The position numbers were made by a program, and so were the translations under genes. Shown one piece after another: positions 1 to 8,988 of a stretch of 64,000 nt of DNA. Position 1 is the stretch's first letter. Each line of letters starts with the position of its first letter. A model generated the notes under the pieces. The model was given only the letters and a program-made list of their open reading frames with translations. It did not search any database and was not told the DNA's origin. Source of the DNA: an uncultured Thermoleophilia bacterium (GTDB taxonomy: Bacteria > Actinomycetota > Thermoleophilia > UBA2241); NCBI GenBank assembly GCA_963739595.1, contig CAVUBA010000013.1:335-64334 (forward strand), read 5' to 3'.

Positions 1-800
1 AACCGGTGTCGCCGGGAAGCGACTGTGGCGTGTTTTTCTTCATAACGAGGGGTTCAGCACGATGTGCGGGCACGGGATCATCGGCCTCGGCAAGGTCCTC
101 GTCGAGACCGGCATGGTCGCAGCGACTCCGAGCCCCACCGACCATCCGCATCGACACGCCGGCCGGACTCGTAGTGGCGCACGTGTCACATGATGGAGGA
201 GTCGGTGCGGCGGTGGCGTTCGAGAACGTCCCCTCGTTCGTATATCGGCGAGGCATACGGTGGTCTTCCGGCATCGGACAGGCCGCCTGTGATGTCGCCT
301 TCGGTGGGGCCTACTACGCGTTCTGTGAAGGCGGGGACCTGGCCTCTCGCTCCAGCCGTCGCAGCACGATCGCCTGATCGAGGTCGGCCGGCTCGTCAAG
401 GCGGCTGTGCTGACCCAGACCTCGATCGATGACCCGCTGACGCCCGATCTGGGGTTCCTCTACGGGGTCATCTTCACCGGGCCGCCCCTCGTGCAGGGGC
501 ATCACAGCCGCGCACGTGTGCGTCTTCGCCGAGGGAGAGGTGGACAGGTCGCCGACGGGCACCGGCGTGAGCGCCAGGGCCGCGCTGCTTCACGACGCCG
601 GGCGCCTGCGGGACGGTGAGACCATCGTGATCGAGAGCATCCTTGGGACCTGTTTCTCCGTGACCGTCGAGGGACGGTCCCAGGTCGCCGACTTCGAGGC
701 AGTGCTCCCGCGGGTCTCCGGCGAGGCCTACTTCACCGGCACCAGCTCGTTCGTTCTCGAGCCGGGCGACCCGATCGGCGATGGCTTCATCTTCCGCTGA
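1..800 (+). pseudogene. proline racemase superfamily enzyme (Cys/Thr type, trans-3-hydroxy-L-proline dehydratase-like); 5' end outside window; at least 3 frame changes
   Basis: Family motifs are spread over several frames. [20 protein letters not shown] lies at nt ~50-115 in frame 2. [34 protein letters not shown] lies in ORF 6..377. LIEVGRLVKAAVLTQTSIDDPLTPDLGFLYGVIF lies in the frame of ORF 407..619. VFAEGEVDRSPTGTG..GDPIGDGFIFR* lies in ORF 516..800. Frame changes fall near 130, 340 and 512. Confidence 0.75.
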
Positions 801-845
801 AGCACTGGTGCCCAGATGACGAACGACTGAAGGCGCATCTGGTAC

Positions 846-865
846 GCACAGTGTATACACTGTGC
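846..865. promoter_or_regulatory. perfect 20-bp palindrome GCACAGTGTATACACTGTGC, candidate operator upstream of the BKACE/aminotransferase/MttB genes
   Basis: Read directly at 846-865 in the 141-nt, AT-richer gap between 800 and 942. The centre TATACA could double as a -10 element. Confidence 0.5.
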
Positions 866-941
866 ATCTACGAGTGGATGCGAAACAGCGGGGCCCTGAG
901 CCAGCACGCCTGTGGCCGCGTCCGGATCGGGAGACGAGAGA

Positions 942-1899
942 ATGCAGGACTACATCTGGGACTACCGCGATCCACACGTGTGGATGGATCGGACCGCCAA
1001 GTTCCCACCCATGATCATCACCTGCGCCGTGGACGGCGGCATCCAGGGCAAGGAAAGCCATCCGGCGCTGCCGGAACTACCGGGGGAGCTGGCCCTGGAG
1101 TGTCAGGCGGCGTATGAGGCGGGCGCGTCTGTCGTCCACATCCACGGACGCGACCCGGGCAACTTCACGAACTGCACCGACGACCCCGAGGTCTACCGGG
1201 AGATACTCGGCCTGGTGCGAGAGAAGAGCCCGGAGTTGATCCTCAACATCACCACGGGCGGTGGCCCGACGACCACGGACGAGGGCCGCATCGCGGTCCT
1301 CGACGCCGGTCCGGAGATGGCGACTCTGAACCTGGGTCCGGACATGGAGCGCTTCGAACTCGCGGCGCGCAAGCCGCCATTACCGCACCCCCGCGAGGCG
1401 ATGGTGGTCGACATGGTCATGCCTTTTACCTACGGCTTCATCGACAGACTCGCTGGACTCATGCTCGAGAAAGGCATCAAGCCCGAGCTCGAGATCTACC
1501 AGCCCGGCCAGTACTGGGTGAGCAGGGGCCTGGCCGAACGCGGGCTCATCAAACCGCCGTTTGCGCACCAGTTCGTGATGGGCGTGCAGACCGCGATCGT
1601 ACCCCACGCCTTGGAACGTGCTGAACATGCTCCAGGAGCTCCCCGACGACTCCCTGTTCACGGTCGCCGCGATCGGCAAGTTCCAGTGGCCGCTGATCAC
1701 CATGGGCATGATCCTCGGGGGCAACGTCCGCGTCGGTCTCGAGGACAACCTGTACGAACGCAGGGGTCGCAAGCTGACCGGGAACGGCGAAGCGGTGGAG
1801 AAGGTGGTCCGCCTCGCCAAGGAGCTCGGACGTGAGATCGCCACGCCGGCCCAGGCGCGCGAGATGCTCGGCCTGTCGGCTATGCCAAGCAGCTACTGA
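942..1899 (+). CDS. beta-keto acid cleavage enzyme (BKACE/DUF849, 3-keto-5-aminohexanoate cleavage enzyme family); one frame change near 1600
   Basis: ORFs 912..1835 and 1618..1899 join into one BKACE-like protein (MQDYIWDYRDPHVW..ITCAVDGG..SVVHIHGRDP..; tail NVLNMLQELP..GGNVRVGLEDNLYE..). ATG 942 is preceded by GGAGACGAGAG. Confidence 0.8.
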
Positions 1900-1912
1900 G
1901 CAGGGAGTCTCG

Positions 1913-3154
1913 ATGAACCATCAGAAGTCGCGCGAGCTGTTCGAGCGCCTCGCCAAAGTCATGCCGGGCGCCAACACACGGACGGTCACGCACTACGACC
2001 CGTTCCCCGTAGGCATCGACCACGGCGCAGGGTGCCGCCTGTGGGACGTGGACGGCAACTCGTACATCGACCTGCTGAACAACTACACGCCACTGGTGCA
2101 CGGGCACGCCCACCCGCGGATCGTCGAGGCCATCACGCAGGCGGCGGCCCGAGGGATGGCATCTGCCGTACCTGCGCCGTTCGCCCTGCAAGGTGAGCTG
2201 GCGGAGCGACTGTGCGCACGCACGCCGTCCATCGACCTCGTGCGCTTCACCAACTCTGCGAGCGAGGCCGTGATGATGGCGGTGCGCGCCGCGCGCGCCT
2301 TCACCGGCAGGGACGAGATCATCATGCCGTCCAACGGCTATCACGGCAGCTGGGAACAGGTCTCACTGGCTGGCGCCGACGAAGCTCATCCGGACGGCGC
2401 GCAAGGCGTCGTTCCACCGGGCATCCCGGCAGTGCTCGCAGACCTCGTGCACTTCGTGCGCTTCAACGACGTCGGTCATCTCGAGGAGCTCGTGCGGGAG
2501 CACGGCTCGTCAACGGCCGCGATCCTGCTCGAGCCTGTCCTCGGCCACATCCTCGAGCCCGGCGACCCCGCATTCTTCCGCGCCGCCCTGCGGCTCGCTC
2601 ACGAGTCTGGCGCCTTGCTCATCCTGGACGAGACGATCACGTATCGCCTGCACGTCGGCGGGTGGCAGGCCGAACATGGTATCCAGGCCGACCTGACGAC
2701 GCTGGGCAAGACCATCGGCGGCGGGATGCCCGTCGGTGCGTTCGGCGGCCAGGAGCATGTGATGCGGATGTTCGATCCGCGCACGGCAGATCCGCTCTCC
2801 GCACATGGCACCATGAACGGGCACGCTCTGTGCATGGCTGCCGGGTGCGCCAGCCTCGACCTGCTCGACCAGCCGGCCATCACTCGCATCAATGCTCTTG
2901 GGGAGTCGCTGACCGCGCAGCTCGATGCAGCCGGCAGAGAGACCGGCATGGAGGTCCGCGTGCGCAGCTGTGGTTCGCTGCTGCAGGTGGCCGCGCCGGA
3001 TCCGCTGGCCTTCCACCGGGCCTGCCTCGAGGAAGGGCTCTACATCGCGCCGCGCGGCAGCATGAACGTATCGACACCCATGGACGACGAAGTGGTCGCG
3101 GAGATCGTGGCCGCGTGGAAGCGCGCACTGGAGCGGATCACCGTCGCCGTCTGA
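1913..3154 (+). CDS. class III (fold type I) aminotransferase, glutamate-1-semialdehyde 2,1-aminomutase-like
   Basis: ORF 1832..3154. The internal ATG at 1913 (MNHQKSRELFERLAKVMPGANTRTV) is preceded by CAGGGAG. Motifs: GNSYIDLLNNYT, SEAVMMAVRAARAFTGR, LILDETITYRL, LGKTIGGGMPVGAFGG. Confidence 0.85.
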   Translation: MNHQKSRELFERLAKVMPGANTRTVTHYDPFPVGIDHGAGCRLWDVDGNSYIDLLNNYTPLVHGHAHPRIVEAITQAAARGMASAVPAPFALQGELAERLCARTPSIDLVRFTNSASEAVMMAVRAARAFTGRDEIIMPSNGYHGSWEQVSLAGADEAHPDGAQGVVPPGIPAVLADLVHFVRFNDVGHLEELVREHGSSTAAILLEPVLGHILEPGDPAFFRAALRLAHESGALLILDETITYRLHVGGWQAEHGIQADLTTLGKTIGGGMPVGAFGGQEHVMRMFDPRTADPLSAHGTMNGHALCMAAGCASLDLLDQPAITRINALGESLTAQLDAAGRETGMEVRVRSCGSLLQVAAPDPLAFHRACLEEGLYIAPRGSMNVSTPMDDEVVAEIVAAWKRALERITVAV

Positions 3155-3212
3155 CGGTCGCTGGCTTGCTCCGGCGACCGTCTCCGGAGCCGACAAAGGA
3201 GCACACGAGAAG

Positions 3213-4658
3213 ATGGCGACAAAGCCCGTGACTCTGCTCGGCAGGGAAGCCTTGGACCGCATCCACGCGGAGTCCTTGAGGATCCTGGAGAACATCGGCG
3301 TGCGCGTAGAGAACGCGGGGTGTCGCGAGGCGCTGCTTCGCGCCGGCGCCAGGGGCGTAGGGCAGACGGATGTCGTGCGTCTGCCGGCGACCATGGTCGA
3401 GGAGGCCATGGCACAGATCACCAAGAAGTACGACCTCGTGCATCCCGGGGGACAGCGGTTCACGATCCCCGACGGCAGGCAGCGTGCCGGTGTGCGCGTG
3501 AAGATGCCGAAGGTCCTGGACTATGGGACCGCGGAGTTCAGGCCGCCTCGCCGCCAGGACGTCATCGACCTGTGCCGCATTACAAATGCTCTGCCCGCCG
3601 CGGAATTCACCGTGGCGATCCAGTACCCGTCCAGCGACGTACCGCCGGAGATCGACGTGGCCGACACCCTCGGCCTCGTGTTCGCCATCACCGGGCATCT
3701 CAGCCTGTGCGCTCCGCAGGATGTGAGCGACGCCCGCACTTCGCTCGACCTCGCGATGGTCGCGGCCGGGACGGACAGCCTGGACGCGGCTCCAGGCACG
3801 TGGGTGGAGATCAACACGACGACCCCCCTGGTGCTCGGTCGTCGGGAAGGGGACATCATCCTGCATGTCGTCGGGCGTCACTGTCCCGTCGATGTCGGGC
3901 CGATGCCCATTGCCGGTGTGGCGACGCCCGCCACTCTTGCCGGCAATCTGTTGCTGGGCAACGCGGAGTCGCTGTTCCTCTGCACTCTCACCAATGTCAT
4001 CTGGCCGGGCGCCAAGGTGCTCCACGCGACGACCGGCTCCTTGATGAACATGCGGACCGGGTACCTCTCGATGGGCTCGGCGGAAACGTGTCTGCTCAGC
4101 AGCGGAGAGATGGCTCTGGCCAAGTACTACGGGTTGCCCACCACGCGCATGGGGGGGTACAGCGACTCGCAATGGCCGGACGTACAGGCAGGCATCGAGA
4201 AAGCCATGGCGCTGCTCATCCTCGCCCAGAGCGAGGCCGACTTCGTCACGATGGGTGGTCCCCTGGACAACGCCGCCCACCACAGCTACGAGCAGGTCGT
4301 GATCGACCATGATATCTGGGAGATGGCGCAGCGTATCTCGACCGAGATCGTGGTGGACGACAACACGCTCGCCTATGACGTCATCGAGAAGGTCGGCATC
4401 GGCGGCTCGTTCCTCGGCGACACACACACCAGGCGCGCCGTACAGGCTGGCGAGCACTACTACGGCGGCTCGTTCAACCACATGGGGCGCACAGCGCAGG
4501 AGTACACGATGCTGGCGCGGGCGCATCAGCGTGTGGAGGCTATTCTCACGCAGCCGCTCGTGTACCGCGCCCCCGCGGACGCCGTTCGGCGCGTGAAGGA
4601 CTACGTACGCGAGCACGCGGTTGAGAAGCACGTGCCGCCGCCGGAGTGGACGGAGTGA
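3213..4658 (+). CDS. MttB-superfamily (trimethylamine methyltransferase family, non-pyrrolysine) methyltransferase
   Basis: Intact 481-aa ORF 3213..4658. The N-terminus LLGREALDRIHAESLRILENIGVRVEN, the length and the C-terminal GGSFLGDTHTRR block are typical of MttB-family quaternary-amine methyltransferases. There is no in-frame stop, so no Pyl codon. Confidence 0.8.
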   Translation: MATKPVTLLGREALDRIHAESLRILENIGVRVENAGCREALLRAGARGVGQTDVVRLPATMVEEAMAQITKKYDLVHPGGQRFTIPDGRQRAGVRVKMPKVLDYGTAEFRPPRRQDVIDLCRITNALPAAEFTVAIQYPSSDVPPEIDVADTLGLVFAITGHLSLCAPQDVSDARTSLDLAMVAAGTDSLDAAPGTWVEINTTTPLVLGRREGDIILHVVGRHCPVDVGPMPIAGVATPATLAGNLLLGNAESLFLCTLTNVIWPGAKVLHATTGSLMNMRTGYLSMGSAETCLLSSGEMALAKYYGLPTTRMGGYSDSQWPDVQAGIEKAMALLILAQSEADFVTMGGPLDNAAHHSYEQVVIDHDIWEMAQRISTEIVVDDNTLAYDVIEKVGIGGSFLGDTHTRRAVQAGEHYYGGSFNHMGRTAQEYTMLARAHQRVEAILTQPLVYRAPADAVRRVKDYVREHAVEKHVPPPEWTE

Positions 4659-4724
4659 CCGGGCCTCGCCGTCGTCGGCCGGCCCGCGAGCAAGAGACGT
4701 TGGTCGCGTGGACCGGGAGGACCG

Positions 4725-5956
4725 ATGACCATGCGCTCCGTCGCTCCGGGCTTCCTCGCCGCGGAGCGTGTGGACCAGCTCGGCACCGAAGCAGGTGTTC
4801 CAGGTCGCAGTCGAGGCACGCGAACTGGAGGCAAGCGGCCGGACCGTCTACCCGTTCCACATGGGCGAGCTCGACTTTCCCACCCCGCCGAACATCGTCG
4901 AGGCATGCGCCAGGGCGCTCCGCGACGGCAAGACCAAGTACACGCCAAATGGTGGGCTGCCGGAGCTGAGGGAAGCGCTGGCGCTGGACGTCGGACGCGA
5001 GCGCGGCGTGGAGTACAGCAGCGAGAACGTGGCCATCCAGCCGGCCGGCAAGCCGGTGATCGGCAAGTTCCTGCTCGCGCTCATGGACCCCGGCGACGAG
5101 GTGCTGTTCCCCAACCCCGGCTTTCCCGATCTACAGCTCGCTCATCGGGTTCTTCGGCGGGGTCGCGGTGCCGTACCCCTACCGTGAGGCGCCCGATGGG
5201 TTCCACCTCGATCTCGAGAGCATCGAGCGTCAGATCACACCACGGACCCGTCTTCTCATCCTCAACGACCATCACAACCCGACCGGCGGCGCATGCACGA
5301 TGGATGAGCTCGCAGCGGCTGGCTCATATCGTGCGGAGGCATAACCTGTTCGTACTGAGCGACGAAGCCTACTTCGCCGTCCGGTACGCGGGGGAGAGCC
5401 TCTCCCTCGTGACGCAAGCCGGGCATGCAGGAGCGCACGGTCATCCTGTACACCTTCGGCAAGAAGTACGCGATGACGGGGTTCCGTCTGGGCGCCGCCA
5501 TCGGCCCGAAAGCCGTCATCGATCATCGTGGTCCGTCTCAACGTCAACTGGGAGTCGTGCTGCAATCATTTCGCGCAGTATGGCGCCGTGGAGGCGCTGA
5601 CGGGCGACGACGACGGCCGCCTCGCGATGCTCGAGGCACTGAAGGAGCGACGTGACGCCGGCGCCGGGATCCTGAACGCCACGCCGGGCGTGAGCTGCCT
5701 GTCGCCGGAGACCACGTTCTACCTCTACCCGAACGTCACCGGAGCGGTCGGGCTGACGGGGTGCACGGACCACGAGAGCTTCCGACGCCTCGTTCTTGAG
5801 CGCACCGGAGTCTCGTTCTGTACGCGGCCGCAGTTCGGCGAGCCGCTGCCGGGCGAGACGGACTACTACCTGCGGGTGTCCTACTCCGGCCTGCCCAAGA
5901 CACAGGTCATCGAGGGCCTGGGCTCGTTCAGGGAGTTCGTGGCGCAGTACACCTGA
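4725..5956 (+). pseudogene. class I/II (aspartate-type) aminotransferase; at least 5 frame changes
   Basis: Fragments lie in ORFs 4725.., 4768..5187, 5425..5655 and 5528..5956, plus unlisted frames. Recognisable blocks: VYPFHMGELDFPTPPNIVEA, NPGFPIYSSLIGFFGGVAVPY, LLILNDHHNPTGG, LFVLSDEAYF, RTVILYTFGKKYAMTGFRLGAAIGP, YYLRVSYSG. Frame changes fall near 4790, 5135, 5300, 5415 and 5525. Confidence 0.75.
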
Positions 5957-6026
5957 GCCATCTCCGCCGCGTACCCACCGGGTCGCTTCCGGCGCCCGCC
6001 GGTCGCGTTCGCACCCCGCATCGCCC

Positions 6027-6056
6027 TTGTCCGGCCCTCGTCCCCACTGCTACAGT
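6027..6056 (+). promoter_or_regulatory. candidate sigma-70-type promoter of the pyr operon (TTGTCC-18 nt-TACAGT)
   Basis: -35 at 6027-6032 and -10 at 6051-6056. It sits in the 187-nt gap upstream of pyrR and would give a leader of about 80 nt. Confidence 0.4.
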
Positions 6057-6065
6057 ACGACTCGA

Positions 6066-6096
6066 CCTTTAATCCACGTCCCGAGAGACGGAAAGG
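6066..6096 (+). promoter_or_regulatory. PyrR-binding loop-like RNA element
   Basis: CCUUUAAUCCACGUCCCGAGAGACGGAAAGG. The outer CCUUU/AAAGG pairing and inner CGUC/GACG stem present a CCGAGAGA loop. This resembles the conserved UUUAA..UCC(A/C)GAGAGG..AAGG PyrR binding site. Confidence 0.55.
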
Positions 6097-6102
6097 GGGT
6101 GC

Positions 6103-6143
6103 AGCGTTGCCGTACGCCATCAGGTGCCGGCGGCGCTATTTTT
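6103..6143 (+). terminator. intrinsic attenuator hairpin of the pyr leader
   Basis: AGCGUUGCCG (6103-6112) pairs with CGGCGGCGCU (6128-6137): 10 bp with two G-U pairs. An inner CGCC/GGUG pairing is possible. The stem is followed by A-UUUUU (6139-6143), directly abutting the pyrR ATG at 6144. Confidence 0.55.
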
Positions 6144-6728
6144 ATGCCTGAACCCAGACCCGCCAGTGAGACCGTCGTCCTGACGGCCGAGCAGATGTCG
6201 CGCACCATCACGCGCATCGCCCACGAGATCCTCGAGAAGAACCCCGGCGGGGAGAAGCTCGCCGTCGTGGGCATCCACACGCGCGGCGCCTTCATCGGCG
6301 CGCGCATCCACAAGCTGCTCTGCGAGGTCGGCGGCCGCGAGTACTCCGCCGGCAACCTCGACATCTCCTTCTACCGCGACGACGTCGCCGCGCGCGGCGC
6401 GGTCGGGGTCATCCCCAGCACGCCGCAGCCGGTCGTCAAGGACACCGACCTCCCGTTCACCATCGACGGGGCGCGGATCATCCTCGTCGACGACGTCCTC
6501 TACACGGGGCGCACCATCCGCGCCGCCATCGACGCCCTGTTCGACTACGGGCGGCCGTCGGCCGTGCAGCTCGCGGTCCTCGTGGACCGCGGCCACCGCG
6601 AGCTGCCCATCCGGCCCGACTACGTCGGCAAGAACCTGCCCACGGCCCCGCGCGAGCGCATCAGCGTGCGGGTCGAAGAGTGCGACGGCGTCGACGAGGT
6701 CGTTCTCGTGCGCTCCAAGGAGGCGTGA
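6144..6728 (+). CDS. pyrR: bifunctional pyrimidine operon regulator / uracil phosphoribosyltransferase PyrR
   Basis: Tail of ORF 5796..6728 from MPEPRPASETVVLTAEQMSRTITRIAHEILEKN. PRTase motif ARIILVDDVLYTGRTIRAA. 194 aa. Confidence 0.9.
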   Translation: MPEPRPASETVVLTAEQMSRTITRIAHEILEKNPGGEKLAVVGIHTRGAFIGARIHKLLCEVGGREYSAGNLDISFYRDDVAARGAVGVIPSTPQPVVKDTDLPFTIDGARIILVDDVLYTGRTIRAAIDALFDYGRPSAVQLAVLVDRGHRELPIRPDYVGKNLPTAPRERISVRVEECDGVDEVVLVRSKEA

Positions 6729-6730
6729 CC

Positions 6731-7672
6731 ATGCCCAAGCGAGACCTGATCAGCATCGAGGACCTCTCGCGGGCCGACGTCGAGCTGCTGCTCGACACGG
6801 CCGAGAGCTTCCTGCCGGTGCTGGAGCGCGACATCAAGAAGGTCCCGACGCTCCGCGGGCGCACGATCATCAACCTCTTCTGGGAGGCCTCGACGCGCAC
6901 CTCGTCGAGCTTCGACCTCGCCGCCAAGCGTCTCTCGGCCGACACCCTGGCCCTCAAGGCCAGCGGCTCGGCCGTCGAGAAGGGCGAGACGCTCAAGGAC
7001 ACGGCGATCACGCTGAGCGCCTACTCGCCCGACATCATCGTCATGCGGCATCCCTCGGCCGGCGCCTGCCAGACGCTCTCCGCCAATACCGAGGCGAGCG
7101 TCATCAACGCCGGCGACGGCAAGCACCAGCACCCCACGCAGTGCCTGCTCGACCTCTTCAGCATGCGCCAGAACCTGGGGCGCGACCTCGACGGCCTCAA
7201 GGTCTTCATCATCGGCGACATCCTGCACAGCCGCGTCGCGCGCAGCGACATCATGGGCTTCCAGATGCTGGGCATGGACGTCACGCTGGTCGCGCCGCCG
7301 ACGCTCATGCCGCGCGGCATCGAGGAGATGGGCGTCAAGGTCGAGTACGACCTCGCCAACCTCAAGGACGCCGACGTCATCTACCTGCTGCGCATCCAGA
7401 AGGAGCGCATCAAGCCCGGAGCCGCCTACCTGCCCTCGCTGCGCGAGTACAGCCGGCTCTGGGGCATCTCGCAGGCGCGGCTGCGGCCGGGGCAGCGGGT
7501 CATGCACCCCGGCCCGATCAACCGCGGCGTCGAGATCGCGTCGGACATCGCCGACGACGACGAGAACCTGATCGCCCACCAGGTCTTCAGCGGCCTCGCG
7601 GTGCGCATGGCGATCCTGTACCGGACCATCGTCGGCTACAGCGACGGTGCTGCGAGTGGGGAGGTGCTCTGA
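6731..7672 (+). CDS. pyrB: aspartate carbamoyltransferase catalytic subunit
   Basis: ORF 6680..7672 from ATG 6731 (MPKRDLISIEDLSRADVELLLDTAE). Motifs: FWEASTRTSSSFDLA, HPTQCLLD, HPGPINRGVEI. Confidence 0.92.
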   Translation: MPKRDLISIEDLSRADVELLLDTAESFLPVLERDIKKVPTLRGRTIINLFWEASTRTSSSFDLAAKRLSADTLALKASGSAVEKGETLKDTAITLSAYSPDIIVMRHPSAGACQTLSANTEASVINAGDGKHQHPTQCLLDLFSMRQNLGRDLDGLKVFIIGDILHSRVARSDIMGFQMLGMDVTLVAPPTLMPRGIEEMGVKVEYDLANLKDADVIYLLRIQKERIKPGAAYLPSLREYSRLWGISQARLRPGQRVMHPGPINRGVEIASDIADDDENLIAHQVFSGLAVRMAILYRTIVGYSDGAASGEVL

Positions 7673-8988
7673 TGGAACGGACGTGGTGCAAGCGCCTCCC
7701 GGCCGCCGAGCTGCTCATCAAGGGCGGCCGCGTCGTCGACCCTGAGAGCGGCGTCGACGCCGTCCAGGACGTGCTCGTCAAGAAGGGCAAGGTGGCCGAG
7801 GTCGGCAAGGACCTCAAGGCCGGCAAGAACACGCGCGTGGTCGACGCCGCCGGCATGCTCGTCCTGCCGGGCTTCGTCGACCTGCACGCGCACTTCCGCA
7901 CGCCGGGTCGCGAGGACGAAGAGGACATCGCGACCGCCTCTGCGGCCGCCGCGGCCGGCGGGTACGTGGCCGCCTTCGGCATGGCCAACACCGACCCGGT
8001 GATCGACAACGCCGGCCTGCTCAAGGGCCTCGCCCTGCAGGCCACCGTCGACGCGGTCATCCCGGTCGGCTTCTTCGCCGCGGTCACCAAGGGGCTCGAG
8101 GGCCAGGAGCTCACCGAGATGGGCGAGCTCGGCGCCGCCGGCGCCGTGGCCTTCAGCGACGACGGCATGCCGCTGCCGACGGCGGCGATCACCCGGCGCG
8201 CGCTCCAGTACGTCAAGGTGAGCAAGCGCTTCGTCGCCATCCACGCGCAGGACGCCTCGCTCTTCAAGGGCGGGCAGATGCACGAGGGTCCGGCGTCCGC
8301 CCGGCTCGGCCTCACCGGCATCCCGTCGCTCTGCGAGAGCCTCGACGTCTCGCGCACGCTCGACATCGCCGCCTACGAGGACGCCGACCTGCACGTCTGC
8401 CACGTGAGCACCGAGGCTTCGCTCGAGGCCATCGCGCGCGCCAAGGAGGCGGGCGTCAGGGTCACGACCGAGGTCACGCCGCACCACCTCACGCTCAACG
8501 ACGAGTGCGTCGCCTCGCTCGACCCCAACCTCAAGATGAACCCGCCGCTGCGCGCCGAGAGCGACCGCAAGGCGCTCGTCGAGGCGCTCAAGAGCGGCCT
8601 CATCGACTGCGTCGCCACCGACCACGCGCCGCACGTCTCGGAGGAGAAGGACGTGCCCTACGAGGAGGCGCCCTTCGGGTGCATCGGCCTCGAGACGGCC
8701 TTCAGCGTGCTCAACAAGGAGCTCGTCGACACCGGTGAGCTCGACCTGGCCACGCTCGTCACGCGCATGAGCGCGGCCCCGGCCCGCATCGCCGGCCTGG
8801 ACGCGCCGGCGGTCGCCGCCGGAGCCACCGCCGACCTCTGCGTCGTCGACCCGGCGGCCGTCTGGACGGTCACGCCGGAGGCCCTGCAGTCGCGCTCCTG
8901 GAACTCCCCGTGGCTGGGGCAGGAGCTCACCGGCAAGGTCCGCCTCACGGTGGCCGCCGGTCGCGTCGCCTGGGATGACCTTGCCTAG
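7672..8988 (+). CDS. pyrC: dihydroorotase
   Basis: Tail of ORF 7141..8988 from ATG 7672 (ATGA overlap with the pyrB stop). Motifs: LVLPGFVDLHAHFRTPG, VATDHAPH. Confidence 0.9.
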   Translation: MERTWCKRLPAAELLIKGGRVVDPESGVDAVQDVLVKKGKVAEVGKDLKAGKNTRVVDAAGMLVLPGFVDLHAHFRTPGREDEEDIATASAAAAAGGYVAAFGMANTDPVIDNAGLLKGLALQATVDAVIPVGFFAAVTKGLEGQELTEMGELGAAGAVAFSDDGMPLPTAAITRRALQYVKVSKRFVAIHAQDASLFKGGQMHEGPASARLGLTGIPSLCESLDVSRTLDIAAYEDADLHVCHVSTEASLEAIARAKEAGVRVTTEVTPHHLTLNDECVASLDPNLKMNPPLRAESDRKALVEALKSGLIDCVATDHAPHVSEEKDVPYEEAPFGCIGLETAFSVLNKELVDTGELDLATLVTRMSAAPARIAGLDAPAVAAGATADLCVVDPAAVWTVTPEALQSRSWNSPWLGQELTGKVRLTVAAGRVAWDDLA

